Shown here piece after piece: positions 36,358 to 54,630 of a stretch of 64,000 bases of DNA. A program made the translations under genes and the position numbers. Each line of letters opens with the position of its first letter. The stretch's first letter is position 1. Source of the stretch: Psilocybe cubensis (taxonomy: Eukaryota); NCBI GenBank assembly GCA_017499595.2, contig CM039009.1:1860001-1924000 (forward strand), written 5' to 3'. Below the pieces are notes generated by a model, which saw nothing but the letters and a program-made list of their open reading frames with translations, ran no database searches and was not told the DNA's origin.

Positions 36358-37793
36358 TCATGGGCGTGTTGTAGGTAGGCGGCCTGACTGGGGACGTAAT
36401 CGAGATGGGCATTGAATGGAAAGGTGGCTTTTGTTTAACGTTGTGGAATTCCTGTTAAAATGATCAACAAAGAGGGCGGCTGACGCAGAAGAAGATGCAG
36501 ATATTGGTGATTCAGGTGGCGGAGGCGGTAACGCACGTCTGGGTGCAGGTGTTCTACCGCTGCCGTTGCTGCTACGCGGGCGCAATGCTGCCCCGGATGT
36601 AGACGCAGATGTCAACGAAGAGGGTCCATCAGGTAGAGGTAATAATGGCAAGGGTGAGTTGGAGCGGGCATGTGAATTAGTTTGAATAGTTGACGTAGGT
36701 GTAAATGTAGACGATGAAATTTGAGCTAGAGTCGTAGATTGTGCAGTATTAGCAGTAGTACCAATGTTCGTGTTTGTGTTCGTGTCCGTGTTCGTGTCGC
36801 TAGGTGCGGCGTTGTTAAGAGAACCTCCAGCTTTGCCATCATAGAGATCATTAATATCCCCCTCCTTCTCCCCCTCATCTCCCTGATCGCCGTGCTGCAC
36901 TTGGATTAACGTATCTTCCACTTTTCCACCCAAACAAAAGGCTACCTCCGTCGCCGGGTGTATAGCAGGAGGAGATGACAATAAGACTGGAGTCGGAGAG
37001 GGCGATGGGGATGGCAGCGCTAGTGGTGACGTTGCCGAAAACCCTAAGGGAGTCCTCCCTCCACCCTCACCTGTCCCAACAGGCGAACGACCACCCCCTC
37101 CATATCCCGACCCAGAAGCAGAGCCAGACTCTGAATCATAACCAGTGACCAACTCATCCCCACCAGTGCCCCGGGAGAGCTCAGCGCCAAGCATCGGCTG
37201 GGACATATATGGCTTGTAAGTATAGTTCAGGCCCTCTGCCGTGCGCGAGAACTGCGCATACGGGTCATTCTTGATGTTGCTCCTCCGCCTTTGTTGTTTA
37301 TCGTAGTCTTCAGTATCAGAGATAATGCCGTCGATATTTCCACTCCCGTTGGACGCAGCAGTACCCGTGCTCCGCATGCGCGAGTGCAGATGGGCCTGCG
37401 TGTCGAGCGAGTGCGAGAGGCCGTGCGTGGGCCGCGGTCTGGAGGTGAAATGGGGGTTGGAGGTGGACTTGGTGCTGTCCGCATCATCTTGCGACTGAGA
37501 GTGGAAGTGAATGCGGGGTGTGGAAAGCTTCCTGCGGTTCGGTATCCGAATGATGCCCTTGAGTGACGAGATCGTTTGGGAAAAGGAAAGCTTGTTCGTA
37601 TGTGTGCTGCAGCCACGGGTCTACACAAGCAACATAGCAGTTATAAAGAGTAAGTACAAAGACAAAGTTGAACGCAACGATCGGTGCATGTGCAAATAAC
37701 GGTTGGGAAAAAGTGACTGACCTTGTTCTGAGAGCGTCCGTTATGAGCGCTAGGCACAGGCGACACCACAGGCTGTATCGCTGAGACCTCCAT
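36358..37793 (-). CDS. S/T/P/G-rich low-complexity hypothetical protein; exons 37793-37722 and 37620-36358
   Basis: MEVSAIQPVVSPVPSAHNGRSQNK|TRGCSTHTNKLSF… runs in frame into the 339-aa ORF. No domain recognised, and it may be a truncated gene. Confidence 0.5.
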
Positions 37794-40700
37794 GTACAGG
37801 TTATGTTGAAGGGGGTCGTGGGCTCGTTTGAGCGATTGTTGTTTGTTTCGACGTTCAAGACGAAAGCAGTCAAAAGGCCAAAGCAAGCCGAATGACGCAA
37901 ATGAAACAATCAACTGCTTTCTGAATGCAGGTGCAGCGAAGCCGGGGAGCTCACAATGTAATGTGGGAATCGGGGGAATGGGGGATCAGGAATGTATATG
38001 GCAGTTCAGAATTGGTTTAGAACAAGCACGCCTCGAGGTTGGCGCAGATAGGGCACCCGCGCGGACTTTGTCTCTGTCGAAAATAAACTGATTGGATTAA
38101 AGCAAAATTAGCACTGGAAACCAAACCTGGAGCACTTGAATACAGTACTTGCAGAACGCAATGTGTGAACCAAGGTTCAACTCACCTTGTAGCCCGTGTG
38201 GGGACGCCGACTGTGCCTCCTCCGCTGACTCAACCGCGCAGAATGACAAAGACGTGTGATAATCGGTGGGCGAAAGGTGGGTCGCTGGTTGAGATGAAAG
38301 AAAAGGAGAAAACGAACGCTCGTTACGCGGTCTTTGCGGTGGTGGTCGGTCAGCTTCAAGACATAAGCAGGGTCTTGAAGCAAAAGGACGCACAAAAGTA
38401 CAATTCCGAGCAATTATTGCAGAATCGGCACGGATCCAGGGTGAGAAGCGGGCGTCCTTTCTCTAACATACAAAATACAAAACACAGCCGGTGATGGCCC
38501 CGATCAGAGAGGACTTGTGCCCAACGCGCATTTTCCATTTTGAAACTCAGTCAACGCCGACTTCCCTTTCCTGCCATTTCGCCCGCAACCACTACTTTAA
38601 CAACAACTGCGTTTCATATGTTTTATGTCTTTCTCCTCCAGAAAACACAGTGCTCGCGCATGGATCCTCCCCGCCTTTTGGTGACATCACCCAGATAATG
38701 ACGGGCAGAGTCGTGCATTCATCGGAACACTTCCAAGCCTAGTACAATCAACATACCGCATCTCCAGGGATATGACCAGTGAATGAACAAGTTTCCTGCG
38801 TAAAAGGGCTTCTGGTTCATCCAATCGCCATTGCACAAATTGAATTATAGCTCAATGGACATACCTTGGACCTGCATCAACCCTTTGCCTGCCCCACCTA
38901 TTTCTCTTCCATTCTGCACCTATAACCCAGTAAAATTATATCATAACATCAAAACGAGTTGAAGGGCTATGCGGCTCAACAATCCTTCCATGCCGTCTTG
39001 AGCCTGTTGTCATTTACGACCTCAATACCCACCCGACCAAGGTAAGTAAGAAGCCGTCGTCACAGATCAGTTATCTAGCTATTGATGCCATTGGCCATTT
39101 ACCCCCTTCAATCCCACTCCTCCGCAGCTCAACGGCTGTGTGGCACATAGGCGAATTCGTTCACAAAAAAAGACAAGACCGTAAGGTGAAAACCAAGTAT
39201 ATAATTAATGAAATTCATACAATCGACGAAACCATTGAATATCAAAACAAAACGAGCGTGTAATTTACCACATACGAACGAAAGATGACCAGATCAAAGC
39301 CTAAAGGACTACGGGTAGAAAGAATGAAACACTAGATCGAGAAATACCTAGCGAATGAATACAGTTAATGTTGATGTACGTCCCACCGTCGCCCTCCATC
39401 CGCTCCAGTTTCTACTTCTACCACATCCTGGATAAAACAACCTCCAGAAGCCGGCTGCTTTGTTGTGGTAGCAGGTTCCTGGGAGTCTTAATGTGCTTGT
39501 TCTCTGGTCACTTGGACGTCAAAAAGAACAGCATTCTTTTCCTCAGGCTTCTCGTTTCCATACTTCTTATCCTTATGCCTCCAAGGTTTCAAGTCCGGTT
39601 TTTGGTCGTCAGGCTCCGAGCCGTCGCCTTTCTTGCCGGGGTGACGATATTTTCTACGCTTAGACTCAATGTTCTTCTGACGTGTCATCCGCGGCATAAG
39701 AGACATTCCATCCATAATTCCTACATCGTTGAGCGTACTTTCGAGTGCAGCGTTTCCTTTTGAGTCATCTCTCTGTTCGACGATGGGACGCCATGAGAAT
39801 TTATGACATGGAGGCGAGGCAGAAGACTCGTCGTCATATCCTCCTCCTCCTACTTTGTTGGAGGCCGGTACTTGAAAATAGAATCTACCGTCAGCAACAG
39901 TGTTTATGCTTTTCCCAGTTCATATCATATCTTTTGCACGTTCGGCTGTTCTACCCCGAAGAATATTTGGAGCGCCGAGTGCTTGGATGACTCCAGCACT
40001 CAGTATTTGAAGAATATAGAGCGACAAGGTGAAAAAGGAATGTTTAAACATATTGCTGATCAAGTACGGTGTCAAGGAGTGTAATGATTGAAAGAGCGCT
40101 GGAAGACCTTGGGATACTGGAATAAGGAGAGAGTAGCGTTGACCGCAATTTTATAGTTTTCAAGAGTTGTACCATATCCTCTGGACCCGAAGGACTGTCC
40201 CAAGTTATGGCGTCCACCCCTGTACTAAAGGACTAATAGCCATCATTTATTCTGAAAAGAATAGAAACTACATATCAGATAGCATATGGTTTTACAGATA
40301 AATGGAATTCAACATTAAAGAAAAAACGCTCTATTTCATTGAAACGATGTATTAGAAACAAGTCGCGGTCAAGCATTGCTCGAAAATAATGTGCAGAATT
40401 CCCTCGAGTTCGGCTAATTTAGCTTTAAGACGCTTTACTTGGGCGTTTATCGTTTGAATTTGTATTTATGACGCCTGACGCAATGCTTTGAATTGAAGAA
40501 CCACATTATCAGGTGGACATTTATTGTGCTCGACGTTTTGCAGGCCCATGGTTTCGTCGGGTATCCTATTTGAAAATCAAATAATCCAAGTTTACTACAT
40601 AAGTCACAATTGAAGAAGAAAATCTGAGCTATTTCCTTACGCTTGACTTTGAAATGGTGACCTCGAACACAGTGAAACCGGGCAACAACCCTAAACCTGT

Positions 40701-40980
40701 ATATGATTGGCGACTTCGACCATTTAGCTTTGCCCGAGTCATGTGGGCTTCAAACATCAGGGTAGTTTGTGTAGAGATATTTGCCAATCCAGATTAACAA
40801 TTAAATGACAGTTTATCCAAATTTCATTTTCCGAGTTCTACGACATTCCGTTTGAAACTTTCAAAAGTTACCTGGGACCGCAAGTTTGGGGGTATATTAA
40901 TAGATTTTTTATCCAATAAGTCCGACAGTGTCCCTTACAAATGTTATAAGATGTTTGAATCCAAGACTAGTCCACCCAGC

Positions 40981-42304
40981 TCAATTAACATCCTCATCCT
41001 CATCCACAATCTCGATAGCTACACACCAAAACATCCTTCCCCATGGCTCCTTTCCGTTCCTATCTTCTCCTCCTTCCTCCTTCCGCACCCGCTCACAACA
41101 AACAAACCGAACCGGCTGTCCATCCCAATACTTCATCAAGTCAAAAGACAATCCCCCGGGCAGTTGCAGGAGCTAACGTCGGCGCAAAACTGATAAACCC
41201 ATAACAAAAATCGGTCGTGATCACATCCTCCGGGCCGAAGACCTGCCGGCGGGCTTTTTGCGCAAAGTAGCTGCGCCGCTGCGACGCTGTCTAAAGCGTC
41301 TGCAGTTTCCGCTCACGCTTCATACGGCGTTCTCCTTGCTCGGACGACGAAGAAGAGCCGGTGCTAAGCGTACTCCGCGCACGCTTCGGTTTGACTTTGC
41401 GCATGGCGGATTTGACAGAGAAGCTCGAGCCGCCGGTTGAGGATCCCTTCGAGCTGGATCTGGCGGTCGATAGGGGACTCGGGCTTACCGGTGCAACGTT
41501 GTCGGAGGAGGAGGACGCAGAGCGGAATGATGTTCCTGATGAGCTGGATGCAGAATCTCCCTCATCGAGCTCATCAGAGAGGGCAAGGTACAGCCCAGAG
41601 TTCCTGTCTTGGATGGACTGGTTTGCTGAGAAGGGGGGTAGCATACATGAGGAGGAAGAAGGTGGAATCCTCGTGTGCATGAAATGAGGCATGGTCGATA
41701 TTAGTGGTGAAAGTGCCCATGGCTTGGTGGAAGATGTGAGGTCGTGTTTGAGAGTTGGGTCGATGTAGCTATAGAAATGGAGATCAGTTGAAGTTAAAAA
41801 TATAGAGATGGAGAGAGATGGAGAGAAAAATAAAATGAGCGTACTGCATGAATTTAAGTACCGCGCTTGTTCCCCATGGTAATTTGAGAGGCCTATCGAA
41901 TGTGTTTCCGAATAAAATGTCGTCCGCTGAATAGAGTACGAGGAACCGGCCTTCACACCACCCAACGTAAAATAACACCGAAAGTCAGCACACGGAATCA
42001 CACGAATAACCCTTCCCCTTCTCGCGACTCGAACATCGTGCAAATTCGAAATACCAAAAATAGGCAAACCAAACTCACCTCGGACAACGATACTCCATGT
42101 AACACCGCCGCGATCTTCTCTCTTGAAATATTCAGACTCGTGTACTTTTCCCTGTTCGTCCGTCATGCCCTGAATCTGCGCTACCAATTCACCTTCAAAC
42201 AAATCGGAGCGGATAGGGTGTGAATGTGGAGTGTTGACGAGGTGTGTTATGGGAACCATCGAGGAAGGAGATGTACCTGCAAGGACCCGGAGTCGAGGAG
42301 CCAT
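40981..42304 (-). pseudogene. DUF1769-family gene with disabling mutations
   Basis: MAPRLRVLAG…FEGEL…TWSIVVRG|RFL…ADDILFGNTFDRPLKLPWGT…|YIDPTL…PWALSPLISTM…TTDFCYGF…LPGGLSFDLMKYWDGQPVRFVCC. In-frame TAG at 41291-41293 and a +1 frameshift near 41170. Two introns are retained. Confidence 0.8.
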
Positions 42305-42761
42305 TAGAGTATCAACTATGTGGGGTTAGGTTAAAGGATTGAAGTAGCCGTCGATGCGGAAACGGTGAGCGTGTACAATTTTGTGTGGACGCCCGCGATG
42401 TGTTAATAGTACTGGAATGATATGGCGCTCCTGGCGGGTAGGTGTACCGGGTGTGAAAGGGGACGTAGACGGTGAAATATCCACAGTTATGATCGGTTAT
42501 GTATGTATGTGTACCAGTGCAAATGAGGCTCCCCAGTCTACCACCCCAATTTGTATTGAGGCTGAAGAGCGTTTTGGATATCGTCGTCAACTGGAATCGA
42601 AAGGCCAGTAGCGGCACACAAGAAGACAATCCCAAAGATGGCGACAAAGAACAAAGGTGAGTCAAAGTGCGACAGAAGGGACGGTGTCAGACGGTCGCTG
42701 CAGAATTGCACAGACAAAAAATTCACGAATGAGCGAAACTGCAAGCCGTTGCAGACAAGAT

Positions 42762-42918
42762 AGAATGGTTTCTTCTCCTCGTCGGACATGCTTTTCCATA
42801 CTTTTCCGGCTTGCTTGCTGAGCTCGTGTTGCTGGACCTCCCTGGGTGCGCGCATACAATTGACATACCACGAGAATGCATTGGCGTTTGGGTGCGGTAT
42901 GGGTGGTGATGAGTTCAT
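42762..42918 (-). pseudogene. Degenerate HMG-box fragment
   Basis: PIPHPNANAFSWY…QHELSKQAGKVWKSMSDEEKKPFY matches the HMG-box consensus, but helix 3 is missing or interrupted. Confidence 0.65.
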
Positions 42919-44106
42919 GCACTAAAATATAGAGCGGGTCTGTAGGGTGTAGCTTTGGACGTTTATTTTGAAGCACAAACAAAAAAGAGACTCACTCATA
43001 ACAAATACGGGGGCCTGCGGGATGACAATAAATTGTATCACGCACTATTCTGAAGAAACGTGTCCCTTCAAATCAATCCACATTGTATAGCTGAGAGTGC
43101 CAGTGTTAGCAAAATATCACTGTACAAGAAAAGTTATAAATCCATCTCCTTCCACTGTTTACCGGAAGTCAAAGAATCAAGTTATATGCTATGTACTTAG
43201 TGAAAACGTTACCTTCGACTTCAAGAAAAAGGAAAATAGATACACGTAGACCTTTAAGACAATGATAAGGAGTTGAAATGGATACACTCAGGTTGTGTTA
43301 TGTCGCTACGAAACTCACTGAAAAAGCGACTCACCACTCACTATACCTTGGCATTGATTAATAAGCGGTCACTTCTCAGTGAGTCACTTACTGTTGAGTG
43401 ACTCACTAAGTGACTAATATATAATACATTTTATGAATTTGAAAATATTCTTTTGCACAAAAAATATCGGCAGAATATATGATTGAAAATTCTCCAAAAT
43501 ACTTGACAGAAACATAACGTATATCTAATTTAAAAGTTGTGACAAAAGCGTCACGAATTTATCTAAAAAATACGAATCAATATTCTTTTTATATACTATT
43601 ACATATATTAGTACAAAATATCACCAGTAAAGTCGAAAATTATAGGTTGAAAATACATTTTGTATATGATACTTTTTTTGAGGCAATATATAAAACATAT
43701 TTGGCAACAAAATATCAATTTTTAAACACGAAACATGTTTCTAATTCGTATATTTTCGTCATATACGGATAGCTGCCAGCAGTGTGGACCATTGCGCTAC
43801 CGAGATGAGTAGAGTATTCATTTATGCAAGAGGTGGGAGATTGACAGCATGAAATAATGTTACAATAACAGTACGTATAACAAAAAGAATGAACATCATA
43901 AATTACCAATGCGAGTGTAAGTCGTGTAAGAGCTAGAACGGAAAAGACATCGATGAAAAGTGGGTTGCGATGGGGATAAGAGGCAAAGGATGTATGTACT
44001 ACGTGATATAGCGTGATAGTACAGTAATGGATTAATAGCATAACAATCGTGCATGGATTGGGAAGGGAGAAAATAAAAGAGGGGCAATCTAAAAGCTTCG
44101 AAGCAT

Positions 44107-48750
<4,644 letters not shown>

Positions 48751-50482
48751 TCAAAGTCACGCGATCTGCGCCCCAGGCCTCTCCAGAGTCCATCTCATCT
48801 TATCCGATAACTCCTTCATCCACAGTCCTGTCAACAAATCTTTCTAACACGCCCACTATTGACTTGTGTGAAAGGATCGACCTGGGTCCTGGGTACCAAG
48901 AAATTTCACACATCGCCCGTGCTATGTTACTGACATTTGACAGATCGTCTGGCAGCACAGGCGCTCGTCTTTAAACTTGGTTCCCACCATATAGGATCTC
49001 TATTCCATCGATGAAAAACGATACCTCCCATGGTGCAAAGGCGTGGAAACCCAGAGTTACTCACACGCATGTTTTCCTTGCAAAGAAAAATTTCCCGGTT
49101 AATGTACGTTGCTTTGACGGTCTTTTGAATGAATCCCTCACACCAATTCAGAGCTGCGCCCGAAAATATCGGTACGTATTTATGCAGATCCACCAACGTC
49201 AATTAAACTTCGCCTTCAGCAATATTGAACGCACAGAATGAAATGCACACATTCTTAAGACTTGAAGACGTCAAAAGAGACTTCATTTCGAAGAAAATCT
49301 GCCCTTTCCTTGCACTGTTGGCTCCCAAAGGGGTCATCTCATTTCGTAATCTGGGAAGTATCATACATCGCCGCCACCCCTTTCATTTTCAGCATTTCAA
49401 CGATCAAATCGTCTGGGATTTCTGCTTCACGTTCCAGCGTTACTCTAATTCTTACATACACCCACTCAACCCCCAACTCAATTCACGCCAACTTTTGCAT
49501 TATGCGATGCAACGTCACAAACAATGCAATGAATCCATCATCACGCGCCAGGCAACAGATTTCACCTAATAGTTGATCTGTCAAGGCATTCAATTCCGTG
49601 GCGTATTAGTCGCTTGAACTTTACAAATGACTTGCCTGCTGCCAGTGCTAATGCCAGCTACATACTGTGCTGTGTACTGTACGTCTGTATGCCCCATCTC
49701 GCTCATTGCCCGTGTCACATCTGCTCAAATTACGCATTTTCAGGGAGGCGAGCAAGGGCGCGACGCCTACACATCAATTCTCGATTCAAGTTTCGACATA
49801 CATGCGGACATACCACTATAGCACCTGCCTGTCTCACTGCTACGTTACTTGTGCCTCGGTATGTAACTCCTCCATCTTCCTCCATCTCTTCTATGAATCT
49901 GACAGGTACGCTGTCAATCGAAGTCCTCCTCGGGACGGCTCCGCTCAAATCTCTCCAGACGGCTCGGCCGGCCTCTGTGAGCCAGCTAGCCGGCGTCCCA
50001 ATCTGAACCTGAGCTGAAGCTAAGTTTGGCTAGCACAAGCAGCTCACGAGTTCTCTTATCAAACCAACGACATCGGAGCCGTACGACAATAATCAACACC
50101 ATCAACCCGACACAATTCATCGACACTGTAAGCACCTAATCGTGGTACATCACGCCTGCTAGCCTACAGACCTCAGGGGCTGGCCACCACCATACCTTAT
50201 CTCTGTCGATCCAGATTCCTCACCACCACCATTTTCACTATCATGATCACCGTGATAACCCATCTTCTCCACTGAGGTAAGTAGCTACTGCACAGATCCT
50301 CTTCTCTACTGTGCTTCTCTTTGGAATCTCTAGGAGCTTTGCCTCTCCTTAGATTGATCAATGATGGCGTGAAAACGTTTCGTGCAGAAATATTTGGCTG
50401 AGCCTCTTCGACATCTCTTGATCTTGGTTATGAATTACGGCCACCGAATGAATACTTCCAGGTTTCACAGTGGATTTTTAAA

Positions 50483-50842
50483 CTTTAAACGCCGATGCGG
50501 GGTCATAATGGAGTGAATGCATCATAGGTCCCAACAGGCTCTCTTTTCCTCGTTGTAAAGAGCCATATGGACATATTATGGCCCTTCATGTCGGACTATG
50601 ATTCTGCAACTGTATAGTCGTCCATACACTAAACATCAATTGAGAGAACATTCACAATGTCGCTCAGTCCATCCTTTGAATGCCGATGTGGGGTCAAAAC
50701 CAATGATCCGTGAAGATACTATCTGTGCCAACAGGTTCTCTTTCCTCATGGTGAAAGAGCCGTAAGGACGTATTGTGCCTCTTCTTTGTCGGATCATGAT
50801 CCCACATCCGTCTACTCATCCACACACCAAACATCGGTTGAG
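50483..50842 (+). repeat. Diverged tandem duplication, period ~191 bp
   Basis: 50483-50644 and 50674-50842 share collinear blocks gccgatg.ggggtca, ccaacagg.tctctt, aaagagcc.ta.ggac.tatt, tgtcgga..atgat and cca.acac.aaacatc..ttgag. Confidence 0.8.
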
Positions 50843-53800
50843 TGTGTCCTCCATCTGGCGCTACCGTCACCAATGGTTTACACTGCCCGTCTAGCCTGTG
50901 TGCCCGCCAACCCAACGACTCCCTTCTCGCATCTGCCACTCTGCTACGCACATCGCACAACCGTACCGTAGCACACATCTCCTCCGATGTTGAAGGAAAC
51001 AAAGCCAGAACTTAAAGAATTCGAGTCGGACCGCACCCACCGAAAAAGAAGGTGAGGTAGACTTTCGCAGTTGATGCTCTTCATCACCGACCAAGAGCTG
51101 TCTAAGTATACGCGCACCGTGAGTATAGGCAGACTCTTTGTTATTCGTGAAGCGTCGAACGTGCTATTCCAATTCTCCTCCTATTCCTATTCATAAACCA
51201 AAGACGGCGAGAGCACCCGGTTCGGAATGCTTCGGGAACGGCGTGCGATTTCCCTGCTAGTGTGCCACAATCACATCGAAGCAACTGCAAAACACATCGT
51301 CCAGATATTTCGCCGACCGTAACAGTTTCCACGACATCTGCATTTCCACGACCCATGCAAACCAGAGCCGGCACACCCGCCCGAGGGATTTTCCTGCCTC
51401 GTCGGAATGCCAATGTGTCACTGCACAATAGCCAGGTACTCTCCTACGCTTACTCTGAGTGACATCGGCCCTCGACACTCACGGGTCTCTCATGCTAAGT
51501 AGCGCATATGCCTTCTGCACCCCGGTATTCCACCCGAAATCCGAGAGCGCAACGCGCATCCGCCAAGCCTGAGAACTTGTCAGAACGAATACTCCGTCCA
51601 CGGCACTCACACAACTGGCAATGGCGTTGTGGCAAGTGCACCTGAGAAATTATAATCCCGACACTATTCCGCTCTCATCTGAAGCATTTCACAAACAACT
51701 CAGTAACTGCCCACTCACAGAACGCCACCATGACCGTCCTCCTCGCCGTAACTTACATTACATTGAAGACATTTGTACATCGCATCACATCGCATCATCA
51801 GTTCGCATCACTTTAGAGTCAGAACTGAATTACATAACCAAGGCGTCTGATGCTCTGGAGGATAAATTTGACCGACATCCTATCTATAGGATGTCAATGC
51901 TACACACCCTGCATTTCCGTTTGAGGTGTTTTGAGGTCGCTGACAGTTTGCGGTAAAATATCGTATCATCGGGATGGATTTCTGTGCAAAACTATACTAA
52001 AGCATGAACGCCGGCTTGCCTGTAACGCCAACGCCCAAAGTGGTTTTACATGTCACTCAGAGAAAAATCATGAAAACCATATCATACATACATTGTTCCA
52101 TATATCTATAACTATCATATGGGCAAGGAAATACTGAAGGCCGCTTCTATGGCGGTAAGAAAATTATGTAACAAATTATGCATCTGCATACCCCAATTGT
52201 CAAAGAACCAGATCAAACATACATTGAGGATCTACATTAATTTTGACCCATAAAGTTCCAGCAACCCACCCTTCTCCAGCAAACAAACAAATCAGAAAAT
52301 GACAGTCACAAACTTTAAAACATCCACGGAAATCCCTCATACAAAATCCGAAGTTGAAAATAATGCTATCCTTCTTTTCCGAGACCGAGTTTTCGCAGGA
52401 GCCTCAGATCCGATACGCGATGTCACTGTCCACCAATCCACTGTCCGCTCACTGGCATCCGATGTACACTCCATTTTCGCCAGCATATTCACAAAATGTA
52501 CAATCAGTAAAAAAGAAACGGCTTATACACACCGTTGTTAGGCTTTCAAATCCAAAAATAGATCACTTCGCGTCGGTCGTTTAAAAAGTAGGTCTCCCAA
52601 ACGCAAACAGGAAATTTGATTCGAAAGCGCCGATCAACGAGGGGGAAAAACGATGACGACGTGTAGGTCCACTGTCTATTCTCCGGAAATGGTCTGGTCG
52701 TTGTCTTCGTTGTCGTCGCGGCGTCGAGCAATGTACCTCACCAGCAACCTTCATGGGGCCATCGCGGTCCCGGATCTGCGAACGTTCGTGTTTCTGGTAA
52801 AAATCATGTAGTCGAATACACACAATCACTGATTAATGCCTTTTTGATTTGACCTGTCCATCAAATATACTTTGTATACCCTATCGATGAGCCCTTTCCG
52901 AGGATAATTCACATCCCCGCCCAATAAATCACAAAATCGATAACAAACTGTGGGTGGGCGCAATAAGATAAAGTAAAAAAAAGCAATATATCAGCAACTC
53001 ATCTAATGACCACATCGAGCTCATCAAAGTGCAGCCTAAGGCTGTGACTCGAGTTGAGTCGAATGAATAAATTCCATATTACTGTATTACGCGCCTATGC
53101 TCCTAAAGCCAGGTGACCAAACGGACGATATAACTCGTATGAAGAGTGTGCAAAGCGACAGAGCGGTGCGTCTCCAGAAACGATGTCGACATGTGTCCCG
53201 CGTAGATAAGCAGGGTAAACCCCATGATGATGATGATTAAAACATCGAAAATCCTATGTAGAAATTCACCGGACTCGTAACTTGCCTACCGACTTTCCTT
53301 TCAGACACAGCGCGCTTGAATCAAAACACTCACGAATAGGTGCAAAAGACATACCTATGAAGAGACTGGGACGCGTATACATTTTGAACACGGTATATAC
53401 AAGTAACCATACTTGCCCAGAAAACTTTTCCGAGTGTAATTATTGCTGTGCGTGTCATTGACATTTAAGCAAAGTAACATCGAGCAATACGATGAAGTGC
53501 GCAAGATTTTCCGGAATGCCTGCAAGCAGGGAAACTCATGTGCTTTACCCAGATGGGAATCAATGAGATCTGACATATTGATGCGCCCCAGCGCGCTTGA
53601 AAGGCTTCAAGACAACCCGGAGCTGAAAGACAAAGAAACAGGCCAATTCAGAGGGTAAAAATCACAGACAATATCGCGCAACGTGGGAGACATCGAGGCT
53701 ATCTGTGACCCCGTGAGGGTAGCTTATAGATCGATAAGAAACGAAACCTAGAACTGAGGACTCAGAAAACAAGACTAGAAAATGGCTGGTCGCATTCCAA

Positions 53801-54630
53801 GAGGGAGGACGCGAGGTGGGACATTAGAGAGAATGGAAACAGGAACGAAGAATGGATCTCCTGAAAGCGCGGAGCAGTGGCTGTCCGAGCCAGGCACACG
53901 GACAGACCCTGCGTGACATTGGCCAGACTCGGATAGTCTGTGATATTTAGTCTTCATCATGCCGTATATGGTTATCGATCTGTCTCAATTTATTTTCTTT
54001 GTTACCAGTCCTAATTAGGACATATGTAAATAAATAAACATCCCTGAGCCAATCCCGTCTCTCTCTCTCCTCCGTATCTTATGTAATGTTTCAATCTCCC
54101 TTTGAATCTCACTCTCTGCCATACTGGTCTGGCTCTTGAAAACTAGCAAGAGGCGAGTATCGTCTCTGAACACCTGGAAAGCCAAAGTACCGTGTGTGAT
54201 TTGGAACAAGCCATGTCCAAGCCACGTTTCTGCTTGGTTTCTACTCTTTGTCTCCAATTTGTCTCCCAAACTCGTGTCGGAGGCTGTTCGCGTGTTAAAA
54301 GTGTGCCTTCCCACATCTCTCGCTCTCGATCAATCCTTCGCCATTTATATCCATTTATATTGCCTTCCTGTTCCGTGACCCTGGGTCCTCTCTCCGTAGA
54401 TAAGAGGCTGCAACTTTTTGACTTGTCTCGACCTATTACCCCGAAGCGCCCACTCGATCTGACACTAGGTGGTCCTCACTTTGCAAATCTTTTCGTCATT
54501 ACCAAAACACATGCCTGTTGTCCAAACTCCCTCTCTACCTCTCGGTGAGCTTCCCTTTGTAAATTAAGACACTCCTCAACGGTATTAATACCCTTTGTGC
54601 ACAGCACACAAGTCCTATCCTCCCTACGAC

